Shown: positions 1 to 12,309, numbered from the whole stretch's first letter. The stretch: 63,614 nt of DNA, filler included, from Octopus bimaculoides (GCF_001194135.2; 5 parts of 5 records of this genome joined end to end with filler, not necessarily neighbours in it), one strand, 5' to 3'. The notes: generated from the sequence alone by a model not told the origin. Program-made: numbers and translations.

Positions 1-43
<43 letters not shown>

Positions 44-511
44 ACATAAATATATATAGATATGTGCATATATATAATGTATACGTACACACACACACAC
101 ATGTATGTAATGTATGTATGTATGTACGTATGTATGCACGTATGTATGTACGTATTTATGTATATTTACATGAATATATATATGCTGGGAACTGCATCTT
201 GCATGTAATCACTTGGCTGATAACATTAAGTAATGAATGAATTTAGGACTTACTAATTTGTGTATCATAATTAAGTGATAAAATTATCAGTGATTATAAA
301 AGGATACACGACACACGCACACGCACGCACAACGTACACAGATACACACACAGATACATGAATATGTATATAATATACATGTTTGTAAATGTATGTATGT
401 ATGTATGTATGTATGTATGTATATATATATATGTATTTATATATATATATATTTATATGGATAGGTAGATACATATATATATGTATATACATGTATAGAT
501 ATTATATATAT
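1..511. repeat. Compound microsatellite field (TA)n/(CA)n/(TATG)n running into an N gap (512-1038)
   Basis: Directly visible tandem repeats. Confidence 0.95.
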
Positions 512-1241
512 NNNNNNNNNNNNNNNNNNNNNNNNNNNNNNNNNNNNNNNNNNNNNNNNNNNNNNNNNNNNNNNNNNNNNNNNNNNNNNNNNNNNNNNNN
601 NNNNNNNNNNNNNNNNNNNNNNNNNNNNNNNNNNNNNNNNNNNNNNNNNNNNNNNNNNNNNNNNNNNNNNNNNNNNNNNNNNNNNNNNNNNNNNNNNNNN
701 NNNNNNNNNNNNNNNNNNNNNNNNNNNNNNNNNNNNNNNNNNNNNNNNNNNNNNNNNNNNNNNNNNNNNNNNNNNNNNNNNNNNNNNNNNNNNNNNNNNN
801 NNNNNNNNNNNNNNNNNNNNNNNNNNNNNNNNNNNNNNNNNNNNNNNNNNNNNNNNNNNNNNNNNNNNNNNNNNNNNNNNNNNNNNNNNNNNNNNNNNNN
901 NNNNNNNNNNNNNNNNNNNNNNNNNNNNNNNNNNNNNNNNNNNNNNNNNNNNNNNNNNNNNNNNNNNNNNNNNNNNNNNNNNNNNNNNNNNNNNNNNNNN
1001 NNNNNNNNNNNNNNNNNNNNNNNNNNNNNNNNNNNNNNTATATATATATATATATATATGTAAAGAAAGAGATATAAGAGTAAATGATTGAACGATTGAT
1101 TGTAAGGGAGGGAGAGAGAGAGAGAGAAAGTGTCAGTGTGTGTGTGCGTGTGCGCGTGTGTGCGTATGTGGCAAGATGGAAGGAAAAAGTAAGCAAAGGT
1201 GCTGTCAGTCTATAACTCCCAACATCAATACAGCTGACACA

Positions 1242-1261
1242 TGACGTCATTGCTGACGTCA
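1242..1261. promoter_or_regulatory. Two perfect CRE palindromes (TGACGTCA) with starts 12 bp apart
   Basis: TGACGTCA at 1242-1249 and 1254-1261; E-box CAGCTG at 1231-1236. Function not shown. Confidence 0.4.
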
Positions 1262-1653
1262 CTGCTGCTACGACAACAGTTCCCTGTCCGGTCTTTTTGC
1301 CTGATGACGTTGTTGATGCAGAATCTCTTTACCGCTGTTTGCGGTAATGATGATGATGATGATGGCGGTGGTGGTGGCGGTGATAATAATGCTGTTGTTG
1401 TTAGTGTTGTTGCTATTCTTACAATTGTTGCTATCGCTGCAATTGATGTTGATACGTTGTTGGTCAACGATATTTCTCACACTCAGCTGATAGTAATTTC
1501 ATATTTTGCTACTTTTTGCTTATACGTGTGTGTGTGTGTGTGGTGTGTATGAGTTTACGTGTGTGTATGAGTGTGTATAAAAATGAATATATTTCTGTAA
1601 AGAACTATGTACTAATAAATATAAGAGAGAGAGTGAGAGAGAGATGAATAGAT

Positions 1654-1693
<40 letters not shown>

Positions 1694-3354
1694 GTGCGGA
1701 AGCGAGAAGAAAGTGAGAGCGCGAGAAAGAGAGCGACTGTCTGTGTGAAATCAGTACAAATGAACTTTATTCAACCTGCCTTAACATAAAAATCTATTCT
1801 TGTTACAAAACTGCTTGAAAAGTTAATTCTACTTCGTTACAATGCTTTTACAATGAGCCCGTGCTCCTCCGATCTGGTACTACTTCTAGTTGGTGACCCT
1901 TGAATCAATCGTTTCTCCTCAACCCATTACTCACGTTGTGCCACTCCACCACTTCTACATAGGTACCGTACTAACTACTGCTCCTGCTCCTTCTTTCCCA
2001 GACCATCGCCGCTTTGAAACTCCCTTCTTGCACAAATGTATCCCCGAAGATCTATCTTTCGGATGTGTGTTCCTTCTCATTGTTTCGCTGATAAATGGGA
2101 TCTGAATTCTTATGTTGAGCATTTTATGATTCTTAGAGCAGATTTTATTAGATTTCTTCTTTTCGTTTTTACCTTTTTTTTTTTGCAATCTCCATCTACT
2201 AAGTAGTTGCTTGAGAGTTGCTTTGTTGCGGATTGCTTGCCATCTTGCTGGAAGCGATTCCAATTAAAAAAAGTCAATGACTTCAACAGTTTAAGCTGAA
2301 CATTAACGACATTAATCAATGACACTAGCCTCGAAGAGACAGCAAAGGCTATGAATACTGCTTCTTTTTCCTGGTTAAGCTATAAACCACAAGAACAACA
2401 AGGAATAATACATCTAAGCAGACCAGTTACAAGCTTTCAGTTCACTCATAGTTTAAGCTTTTCTCGATCTAGGAGAATGGTTAACAGCTAACGTCTTCAA
2501 CGTTTCATAGTTTTATTCTTATTATGGTATTTAAAGTGGAAAACTACATTTACTGCATACCTTACTGTCAAAGGTTTATTTTGATAGTGGTGTTGGAAAA
2601 AATCAACGTTGTAGCCAAGAATTAACCTACATAAGAGCCCTAAGCAAATTCAGAATAATAATCTTCAGTAATGTGAGAGAAATAATAACGATATAGGTCT
2701 CCCCTGAAACGAATTTTAGCACAATATATCTTTTCTTTTCAAAACCTCTGCGCTCTTTCACCACGAGAAATCACGGTAAGTACTTTGTTTAATAATACTT
2801 TCTTTCGCAATTCTTACGTTAAACGTTTTCTTATTAAGAGCGTATTTGCATCAATATATATGAAGCGTTAACTTCGTCAATCTTACCCAGATAGAATTAA
2901 TTTCCCACTAGTCCAGGAAGATTTATCAAAGAAAAGAACAGATGCAGCCATTTTCCTTCTTCCAGTTCTTGTTCCTCGTCTTCAAAACTACTATCAATAC
3001 GTAAATAATACCAATGTATGCGTCCATGTGTGTGTGTCTGTGTGTGTGTGTGTATGTGTATGAGGTGTATGTTTATACAGATAAATGTATATATATATGT
3101 ATATTTTATTTATATATATCTTATATATATTATACACATAATATATATATGCACATAAATGCTTGTATGTATATATATATACCTATCTAGTATATATATA
3201 TATATGTCTATCTTATATATATATTACACACACACACGCACACACACACACACACGCACACACATATACACACACATATAAATTCACAGAATGGTTACAC
3301 AAGAATGTGCGTGGCGTTACATTAAATAATATGTTCAAAAATGATTTAGAGATA

Positions 3355-3546
3355 CAAACAAACGGATCAACAGGAAAGTACAGAAATAAAACGTCACTAA
3401 ACCCTCGTCAGTTATGGTCCAAAGAATCATAATAATTTCACGCCTTTAACGTTACAAGTGTGAGATTGTTATGATCCTTTGGACGATAACTGACGAGGAT
3501 TACGCGACATTCTATGTGTCTATTTTCCATTTGTTCCGTTTGTTTG
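3355..3546. mobile_element. Fold-back (MITE-like) inverted repeat, about 87-bp arms and 18-nt loop
   Basis: cctcgtcagttatggtccaaagaatcataataatttcac pairs with gtgagattgttatgatcctttggacgataactgacgagg; outer caaacaaacgg pairs with ccgtttgtttg. Confidence 0.8.
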
Positions 3547-3803
3547 AGGTGTGCGTAAGAATTGAAAGTACTGGAAAAAAAATTTCTGCAGAGAAATTAC
3601 ATATCAAAATAGAAGATTGGAGAAACTTTATATAAAGGAATGAATTTTTAAAAATCCCAAAACCACGCCATATGTCACAATGGTGCATTTATGCGCCCAC
3701 AAGCAATTTTGCGTATTATGTTGGCTGGAACACACACTAATTTTTAATCATGCTTTGTCTTGCAGCTGTTGTCTCATTCTGTTTGCGAACTAAAAACTTA
3801 GTC

Positions 3804-3856
3804 ATGTTTTGCCTGGTGGTTGTCTACTGGAGCAGTATTTGTTTGTTTTCAATCAC
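3804..3856 (+). CDS. Speculative first coding exon encoding a signal-peptide-like MFCLVVVYWSSICLFSIT
   Basis: Branch-like CTAAT at 3737, pyrimidine tract and TGCAG acceptor at 3765, ATG at 3804, GTTAGT donor at 3857. No homology recognised. Confidence 0.25.
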
Positions 3857-5689
3857 GTTAGTCTTCATATAGATATATCCCACATGTGTGACATTTCTAT
3901 ATTATATTTGCGAACAGATCTAGATTTAAAGTTAAAAACAAATAGGGAGTTTCTGATGTTCTCGCCTGCAGGTGTAATATGGTAACAAATGTGGATAAAT
4001 TAATTAATAGTACATGACGCAATGCTGATCAGAAGATTTCATATATATGTATATATGTATATATATATTCGTAAGACGTTCGAAAAATTTTTCCATCTGA
4101 GATTCTATAGATGCCCACATTTGGCTATGTGCATCAGCAGCTCAACTAACACACCAGCTCAACTGCATATTTATAAACACCGGGAACTCTCCAAACTCAA
4201 AAAGTCATGTTGCTTTGTTAACGACCGGTTTCTACTCTTTTATGAATTTAAATAAAACTCAAAGAAAAGCAGACATACCCGCATAAATGCATACATGAAG
4301 GAAAACAACATGTAGTCATAGAGGTTTGCTATTCTGTAGATGCGAATACTTCTTCCAAAATTAACGAGAAGTATTTATTCACCACTGATTTGAAACTTAA
4401 ATCTTACATTACAAATTCACATTTATTCTGATAACTATTAGTACAAATGGCGATATTAGAATATGTCTCAGTAAAAATTTCGAAAATTTAGGATTTTCAG
4501 ACAAAGACAGTGATTAGAATTTCTACATCATCCAAATAGATTCTGTAAGCGAAACAGAAAACATGTAAAAAATTTTTCCAACGTTCAAAATATAACAACT
4601 ATCGATTTTATCATCCAAATTCCAGGAACGAAGTTTTTTTTCTTGTTTTGTTAGAAATCACTTTCTTTACAGGAAGAATTCAAATAATGAAAAATATACA
4701 GTGTGAGTGAAATTGTTTTCAAAAGCGTCAAATATTTCAGAAATATCTATCAATTTTAAATTATTCGAAATTATTTTTCTTACTCGTCACATGATGAGTA
4801 ACTTTACAAGTATATTTTACTACCACGAGTAATATCAGAAAATGTGGTATACAAATATATATGCATACTTATATATATAATATTAATGGTTTCTTATTAG
4901 GAAACTAATAGATTTTATACAGGGCTGCAAGGAGAAGTGCTCAGAATAATTGAGACAAGATTAAAATATTAGTTATAGAATAAAAAGACTGGGTCAAATC
5001 TATGGGATCACCTAGTGGCACCTGTGTTGGCTTGTGTTTAGGTATGTGGCAATGGTTTGTATGTGAATGTGTTTGCGTGTGTATATGTGTGTGTATGTGT
5101 GCGTGTGTTTGTATGTATGTGTATGTATGTGTGTGTGCGTGTGTGTTTGTGTGTGTGTGTGTGTAATGTCTGGAACAGTAGATCCCGAGGCACATAAGCT
5201 CATATTTACATGCTATTATTTACAGCTTTATGTGATTCGAGATCCATTGTTCGAAACATGAATTATTTCACGTTCTCTCGAAAGCTTATAAATTCTTATG
5301 ACGTTAACAATACATACACACACATATATTTTTATACATATATACACATATACGCATATATATATATATATATATATACGCACACACACATACACACACG
5401 TGCGTGTATGTGTGCACTGAAATATCTATCACTCAAAGCCTATTACTCAAAAGTAATAACAATGATTTATCGTAGATTGTCATAAATGAAGCAAGTGGCA
5501 TCTTGTCACGATATTTTCTTCAGATTAAAATCACCTGAGAAAGAAAAAAAAATGTCAGTTAAATAAATTGACAGTTATTAAAGTCAAGAGAAAACAACTG
5601 CTTTCCTTGTCTAACAAATAACGCTGTAGTCTGTAATAACAAACAGTCTCTGTTTGACTGGTTCTTGTTGATCTTTTATGTTTTTACTT

Positions 5690-5900
5690 GCTTTAGTCAT
5701 TGGACTGCAGCCATGCTGGAGCACTGCCTTAATGTGTTTTACGTTCTTTTTTTAAAATTTTATTTTTCATGTCTGGTACTTATTCATTCTATCGATCTCT
5801 TTTGCCAACCCGCTACTTATGAGGAGATTAACAAACCAACACCGTTTGTCAAACAGTGTGGGAGAGGTGACATCCCCCACACATTTAGTAAACGGGGAAT
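5690..5900 (-). mobile_element. 3' half of the composite microsatellite-containing SINE (family B/E)
   Basis: gtcattggactgcagccatgctggagcactgcc...gccaacccgctacttatgagga matches other copies in the window. Confidence 0.75.
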
Positions 5901-6124
5901 GTGTTCACATTCTTATTCGACCTACAAGGAAGCATCATAATATAATAATTTCTTTTTTTCTGTTCTGATTCACGGTGTATTGAATATAAAATATTTTAAT
6001 TAATGCCGAGCCATCGGAAGCACATTATGGAACTTGAGCTGTCCGCTTGTGCGTAAGCCATATTAATGACTCCTCTATAGGATAGCTGATGTGAGCCATT
6101 GACTGAGAGAAGAAGCAGAGTACG

Positions 6125-6172
6125 TATTCTCTGAAGAGAGGAGAACAAACCTCGAAACGGTTTGTCAAGAGA
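6125..6172 (+). ncRNA. Minimal type I hammerhead ribozyme-like motif in a Penelope-like terminal remnant
   Basis: CTGAAGA-GAGG-loop-CCTC-GAAAC-GGTTT-GTC. Catalytic core intact, stem I imperfect. Confidence 0.55.
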
Positions 6173-7496
6173 CTCCCTTCTATTCTTCTAGACATCAGCA
6201 ACATAGAAGGAACGTGTTTGCGTTCTCATTTAATATATTTAAAAGAATATTATTTTATAAATGTAAATTTTCCAAAATTTGGTAGAAGTAAATAGATTTG
6301 GTTGGTTGTTTTTTTTTTTTTCTGCGGATCTGTGAATTTAAGACGTTTGCTTCACAACTGCATAATTTTGTGTTCGATCTCATTCTACTGGACCATGGTT
6401 AATTGTTTTATTCCTTAATTACAGACGAAACCAAAGAATTACGAGTGAAATGCCGTAGACGAAAACTATGTGGAAGCTCTGGTGGGACCTTTCTTGTTCT
6501 TTAACCCATCTCACTCTTTAGCATTATCAACTGGCCATTGGGAAAATTTGATGGGCACCGCTGTGTTGCAAGTATCCGGGCCAGATCTCTGCTTTGAGAA
6601 TAACTCACTAATTTTCTTTCTCCCTCTGCTCCCGGAAGCCCCAACAAATTGTGATGGGTGCTACCCTTCTTCCTCTGACTCAGTGATTGAAGATAAAAGA
6701 TTATACGAAAAAAAAAATACTCCACCAATCTCGCGATAAAAAGCCGGTTTGGCGAGAAAACACGATCAACAATCGGAGGGAAGCGACTTTGACATTTGCT
6801 GTTTTGCTTTGTCTACTTTGGTGGAGAAAAAAAAGATTTTGTTTCATTTCTTTTGTAAAGTCTTGTAATCAGCACAGATAGCGGAAAATTTCCAAGTAAA
6901 GGAAGAAGATGAAAAAATTACTTAAATTATAGCAAAGTCATTAAAACAACGAAGCAAGCATTAATTACGTCCAATGCCTAAAGGGGAATAATTAAATAAA
7001 TATCTCCTGAGATATCATGGTCTTCATTAATATATGTATGCGTATGTGTCTAAGTATATGTGTGTGTGAGAGAGAGAAAGAGGGACAGAAAGAGAGAAAG
7101 ATTTAAACAAACAAATAAGATAAAGTTGCACAGAACGTAATTACGAAAAATAATAAGAGGAAGAATAAGAGTAAAAAATAATTGCAGTAGTCGGGAAAAA
7201 TCTCTAACACCGAATAAAAATGCAGGAAAAGATCTTTAACGATAATAATCTTCATAAATCGAGAAAGATGTTTCAAAATAACTAGTGAAAAAAAAAATTA
7301 TATATTAAAGGAAAACTTAATGATGTACTAAGAAGCAATAGGACGAAATAAATAAAGGAATGAAAACTGAAAAGAACTTGTGAAAATCAAAAGAAATTCT
7401 GAATAAATAGAAACGATATTGCTTTGGATTTATATGAAGAAAACCGCTAAGAATGCTTCCAGGAATTGAATTTGATCTTAATATAAAATAGTGAAT

Positions 7497-7662
7497 GTCG
7501 TCTGTCTTTACGTTCTGAGTTCAAATTCCACCAAACTCGACTTTGCCTTTCATCCAGTTGGGACTGATAAATAAATGCCAGTTGATGATTTGGGGATCGA
7601 TGTAATCGTCTTAGTGCCCTCCGCCCCCCGAAAATTGCTGGCCTTGTGCCAAAGTTTGAAAT
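7497..7662 (+). mobile_element. tRNA-derived SINE family A, 5'-truncated
   Basis: ttctgagttcaaattcc...ctttgcctttcatcc...gatcgatgtaatcg...aaaattgctggccttgtgccaaa, shared with more than 10 copies. Confidence 0.85.
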
Positions 7663-7794
7663 CAATATAAAAAGTGAATGGAATGTATAAGTTCCACTTT
7701 GTAGGCCAGATTTCAACACCCAAGTTGTTGTAATTTTACATAGGAGTACATCTAATACAGGGGTAAGTTATTTGTTAAGTAACTGTTCCTGTAG

Positions 7795-7955
7795 CCGTAG
7801 CCGTGTGGTTAAGAGGCTGGCTTTGCAATAACATAGTTTCGAATTCAGTCCCACTGCGCGGCACCTTGAGCAAGTGTCTTCTACTATAGCCCCAGGCCGA
7901 CTAATACTTTAAGAGTGATTTTGATAGATATAAATTGTTCGGAAGCCTGTCGCAT

Positions 7956-7997
<42 letters not shown>

Positions 7998-8140
7998 NNN
8001 NNNNNNNNNNNNNNNNNNNNNNNNNNNNNNNNNNNNNNNNNNNNNNNNNNNNNNNNNNNNNNNNNNNNNNNNNNNNNNNNNNNNNNNNNNNNNNNNNNNN
8101 NNNNNNNNNNNNNNNNNNCAATGACAAACTAGTAAGAGAC
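7795..8140 (+). mobile_element. Composite SINE B/E with its internal (TA)n(TG)n broken by an N gap
   Basis: Head gccgtgtggttaag...ttcagtcccactgcg...agtgtcttctactatagcc; tail remnant aatgac..aagtaaga after the gap. Confidence 0.7.
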
Positions 8141-8532
8141 AGAAAAATATGATAAAGATGGGCAATTTCTGGTACCAGGGTCTGCTATTAATTGTTCGAA
8201 ATGGGAAGTGTAAGATTTATAATAAGTGTAGTCTCCCCCACAGTGGTGAGATTGGTGCGGCTGGTATTCAATTTCATTTTATGCATATTGCATTCTAGAT
8301 GCATCTAGCTGACTCAGTAGATGCATTAAAGCTGACTCAGTAGCGAAGACAGCAGAATATTCCAACGCAAAAACATTTTAAAATTACAATTCGCAAAAAA
8401 TTGTGCTACTTTCTCGAAGCTTTCGTTGAGCAACAGACCATTCCCAACAAGAGTGAGAAAAAATCCGACCGATCTAACGTTTAAACATGTCTAGATATAC
8501 AACTATATGCATGAGAATACATACTTAAAACA

Positions 8533-8841
8533 TATAAATCTGCACATACATACATACATACATACATACATACATACATACATACATACATACATACATA
8601 CGTACGTACATACATACAAACAAAAATACCCTGTTGTTGATGTTGAAATTCCAATAAAAGAGGCATGGATCTAGGTTAGAAACCGGTTCTTTCTCTATTG
8701 GCAAGAAATCTTGAAATAAACTGAATAATGACATACATAAATACATACATACATAAATCCATAAATCCATCCATCCATCCATTCACCCATCCATCCATCC
8801 ATACATACATACATACATACATACATACATACATACATACA
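8533..8841. repeat. (TACA)n/(TCCA)n tracts around a segment also present at 25940-26045
   Basis: aaaccggttctttctctattggcaagaaatcttga..aaactgaataat followed by (CATA)n at both loci. Confidence 0.75.
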
Positions 8842-9779
8842 TCGTGGCTCTGAACAGAAACATGCACTTAGAATTCTGTTTTTATTATGTTGCCAATATC
8901 TGGTCGCCTGGAATTGTGATGCCTTTATAACTTGTAAAGACTATAAATATTTTCCATTGTGAGTTTTTCATGACGAGAAAGATCTAAGCATTGCGTGTAT
9001 GTTTTGATGCGTACAATGAACTGTCTCAGAGATATTGAACGAATTTAGGTTGTCGTGTTCCAATTCGTGATCTTTGTTTTAGAAGTAGTATACGACTAAG
9101 GTGACGCATTAAAATTGCATTGTGATACAAGATATATGCGGAAAGTTATATGAAATGAAAGCTGGTATCATCTATGGATTCGTGTGTTCACTCAAATGTT
9201 ACAGTTAGACATTGTCGATGTAGAATGTCAAATATATAACTAAACCGCGAGGTTAATTTTAGTTCATAGAATGAGGATCGGAGAAAACTTCGTGTATAAA
9301 TGATGTAGTGCAGAAGTAGAACTGGAAATGATGAAAAAAAGAGAGGAATATTTTGTACTTTGGCGACAAAACTCTTCGAGAAGCTTCTCGAAGGGGTCAC
9401 ACTAACGAAGGTCAATAGCAACGAAGTTATTTTGTCTGGGTGAAAGGGGTGTATGTGTGTATATATATATACATGTATGTGTGTGAGCACACACACACGT
9501 ACACACAGACGCACGCACACACACATACACAGAACTACACATACACATATATATACTCTTCAGGCAAGGGATATATGTGTGTGTGTGTGAGTGTGTGTCT
9601 GTGTGTGTGAGTGTGTGTCTGTGTGTGGTAACCTGCTAATACTTTCTTCGTCTCTAATGACCAGACTAAGGAATTATGTAATGTTTATGAGATTGATTCT
9701 GAAGAAATACAGCTGGATACTAAACAACGTGTTATGTATATCATATTAGGCATATCTCACATATCGTATTATGAATTCA

Positions 9780-10104
9780 GTAATGGCACTCCGTCGCTTA
9801 CGACGTCGAGGGTTCCAGTTGATTCGATCAACGGAACAGCCTGCTCGTGAAATTAACGTGCAAGTGGCTGAACACTCCACAGACACGTTTACCCTTAATG
9901 TAGTTCTTTGGGAGATTCAGCATGACACAGAATGTGACAAGGCTGACCCTTTGAATTACAGGTACTACTCATTTTTGCCAACTTAGTGGATGGACCAATG
10001 AGAAATAAAGTGTCTTGCTGAAGGACACAACACGTCGCCTGGAATTGATCTCACGACCTTAAGATCGTGAGCTGAACCCCTTAATCACAGCCACGCACCT
10101 TCAC
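9780..10104 (-). mobile_element. Full-length SINE family D (CORE-like middle, shared C/D tail) with 9-bp TSD ATGAATTCA
   Basis: TSD at 9771-9779 and 10105-10113; tRNA-like head on the minus strand; tail ...cgacggagtgcca. Confidence 0.9.
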
Positions 10105-10185
10105 ATGAATTCATTTTAGTCATTAATACTGAGTTTGTAGGTTCGTGTGCGCGTGCATCCATCAATCGATATACATATGCCTATA

Positions 10186-10231
<46 letters not shown>

Positions 10232-10684
10232 CGCACACGTATGTATGGATGTATATATGTCTAACTATGACCGTGTCTATAGTTGCATTTACGAAATTAA
10301 TTAGCAGACTATGTTTACCATGTTACGCAATGCACTACACGACCCAGGCTAAAATAAACATTCAACAATATTACAGAAAATACAATACAAAAGCAAAAAA
10401 GATGCGTATGTGCACACACCCGTACACACACAGAGAAGCAGACGCACACACACAGACACACACATACATAAGCACATGCACACACATAAATCGGAATGCA
10501 TACAGACATGTGCAACGGTAAAAGCAATTTGGTGGAACTAGTGAAACAGCAGGCAATAATATGTTAAACTGCAAGAATATATTGTAACGTTGACATCTCT
10601 AATCGTGATTTATTAAATACATTAAGTGGCTGCGTGGAAAATTGATTATTTTGACCGAGTTGAGTTTGGGTTTGTTGGATTGAG

Positions 10685-10708
10685 TTAGGGTTAGGGTTAG
10701 GGTTAGGG
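10685..10708 (+). repeat. Interstitial (TTAGGG)4 telomere-type repeat
   Basis: Four perfect TTAGGG units preceded by degenerate TTTGGG/TTGAG units. Confidence 0.85.
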
Positions 10709-11122
10709 TTGATGTATCTGTTGCTGCTGGTTTGAAAAAAAAAAACAACTTTCTAATTAAGGCGGTGTAAAACGGTGTAAATTATCCACTGTCTCGCCTG
10801 TATCAATCACCGACTAACAGAGCAAATGTGACTAAAACATTTTGCTCTGCGTGTGTCGAATTATCTTGAAATTAAACAAAGGACTGAATGAACAACGATG
10901 TTTAAATTCTCGAGTAATTGGTTTACTAACGCTTTTTTTCTCTTTCTCTCTTACTTCCACTCCATTATTCTTTCTCTTTGTCTTCCTCTCCGTGTCTCTC
11001 TCTTTGTTTCTATCTCTTTATCGTTAGTTTATTTCCTGTTTTTCGATTTTTTCTTCTTTAGCTCTTTTCTTCCTCCCGTTCGTTTATAATCTCTTCAGTA
11101 TTCATCGTATTTCAGTCACAAG

Positions 11123-11199
<77 letters not shown>

Positions 11200-11583
11200 C
11201 ACACACATGCACACACTAAAACACTCAAATTCAGGAGAATCTTTTCCTTGATGTTCTTAACGATATAGACGTCATTATTGACACCACTACAGAATAAAGT
11301 ATGACATCTAAAGACATCAGCCATGTCTTAAAGGTCAATGAAAAAATTAAACTTCATATCAATCGCATGAAAATCCTTACATTATGACAGTCTTCATAAA
11401 ACCATCACATAACAGTATAAAACAAAAAATAAGGAGATTAAAATTATTTTTGAAAATGAGTGAAGGACACTCGAAAAGTCTGAATTTGTTTTTTCCAGAT
11501 AAGAGAATATAAAAGTAAAATGGCTACGAATTGCAAAATTGCTGAGTCAGCGTTTACATTTTATTCATATAAAGGTGAACAGA

Positions 11584-11762
11584 AGGCGTTGAGTTGGCAG
11601 AAGCGTTAGCACGTCTGGGCAAAATGCTTAACGGTATTTCGTCTGTTTTTACGGTCGAAGTTCAAATTCCGCTGAGGCCGACTTTACCTTTTACCCTTTC
11701 GATGGAGTTGATAAAATAAGTAAAAATTGAAGACAGAGGTCGATATAATCGACTTATCCCCA
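11584..11762 (+). mobile_element. SINE family A
   Basis: ggcgttgagttggcagaagcgttagcacg...agttcaaattccgctgaggccgactttacc...gataaaataagt...ggtcgatataatcgact. Confidence 0.85.
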
Positions 11763-12260
11763 TGTGTGAGCTTTGGTTGGCCCGATCCATGTATTTTGGC
11801 ACTAAACCCAGATTCATGTGGCTGGGAAGCAAACTTCTTACCATACAGCCACGTCTGCACCTATCTGCACACACATATATAGGAAATTAATTTTGCGTAC
11901 ATTTCGGTAAACGACTGACATTTATTTCATGTTACATAAAAACGTTATGCAATTTTAAACACGTGTTCAGACACTATAATTCGATTCACAATCAAATTAA
12001 ACAAGACTTAAATGTGAAACGAGTTAAAATGTCAGAAGAAGGGGATGAACTCCACGTTTATTGCACAAAATCACAGGTATGAAATAGGTGTACGATATGA
12101 AACCAATAGTTGTCATTCACCGAGAGGTACATGACAATTTAGTTTCTTATTTCACTAATTAGGATTATTGTAATTCTTCTGTGTAATGATTAATTTGTAT
12201 ACCCATCAGGGACTGATTGAAATTTACAACCTTCCTACACTTGGATACCCGGATCTTACA

Positions 12261-12309
<49 letters not shown>

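Noticed and set aside
271-1552. Long ORFs of YI/VC/HT repeats and X runs (also near 33-34 kb, 39 kb, 53.7-54.5 kb, 57 kb and 61-62.5 kb)
   Set aside because: Translations of microsatellites and N gaps, not genes
1890-2370. ORFs of 71-102 aa on both strands with possible splice signals
   Set aside because: No recognisable homology and no consistent exon phase; composition fits UTR or intergenic DNA equally well
6425-6739. Good + strand acceptor at 6424, an 89-aa ORF and a minus-strand GTGAGT donor
   Set aside because: Frames from the acceptor stop early and no product is recognisable
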